From Eledone cirrhosa (Eukaryota): a stretch of 64,000 nucleotides of DNA. Where the stretch lies: the NCBI GenBank assembly GCA_964016885.1, contig OZ024757.1, positions 40,982,001 through 41,046,000 on the forward strand, given 5' to 3'. Both the position numbers and the translations under genes were made by a program. Positions 63,976-64,000 of this stretch are shown piece by piece (position 1 is the stretch's first letter; the number at the start of each line of letters is the position of its first letter). Below the pieces are notes generated by a model. It saw nothing but the letters and a program-made list of their open reading frames with translations, was not told where the DNA came from and searched no databases.

Positions 63976-64000
63976 GTATATATATATGTATATATATATG

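Overview
Very AT-rich, microsatellite-saturated animal genomic DNA. The SINE content resembles octopus/cephalopod repeats (inference from memory, not a search). I found no convincing host protein-coding gene; almost all ORFs in the track are translations of simple repeats. The one real coding relic is a 5'-truncated, frameshifted Penelope-like retroelement (PLE; RT + C-terminal GIY-YIG endonuclease, minus strand, ~37529-39451) with a hammerhead ribozyme (HHR) in its 3' region. The main hidden signal is that many unique-looking islands between the (TA)n tracts are short non-coding elements carrying minimal type I HHRs. By eye I folded 10 with an intact core, from about 9 unrelated sequence families, plus several degenerate or half copies. 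Many have a family-specific palindromic stem III, a fold-back (inverted) head and a fixed tail ending in (TA)n. Also present: tRNA-derived Nin/Deu-type SINEs, a second SINE family, RTE-derived non-autonomous elements, a non-autonomous Helitron, a TTAA MITE with an internal minisatellite, and several nested palindromes. All RNA folds are manual and coordinates may be off by a few bases.
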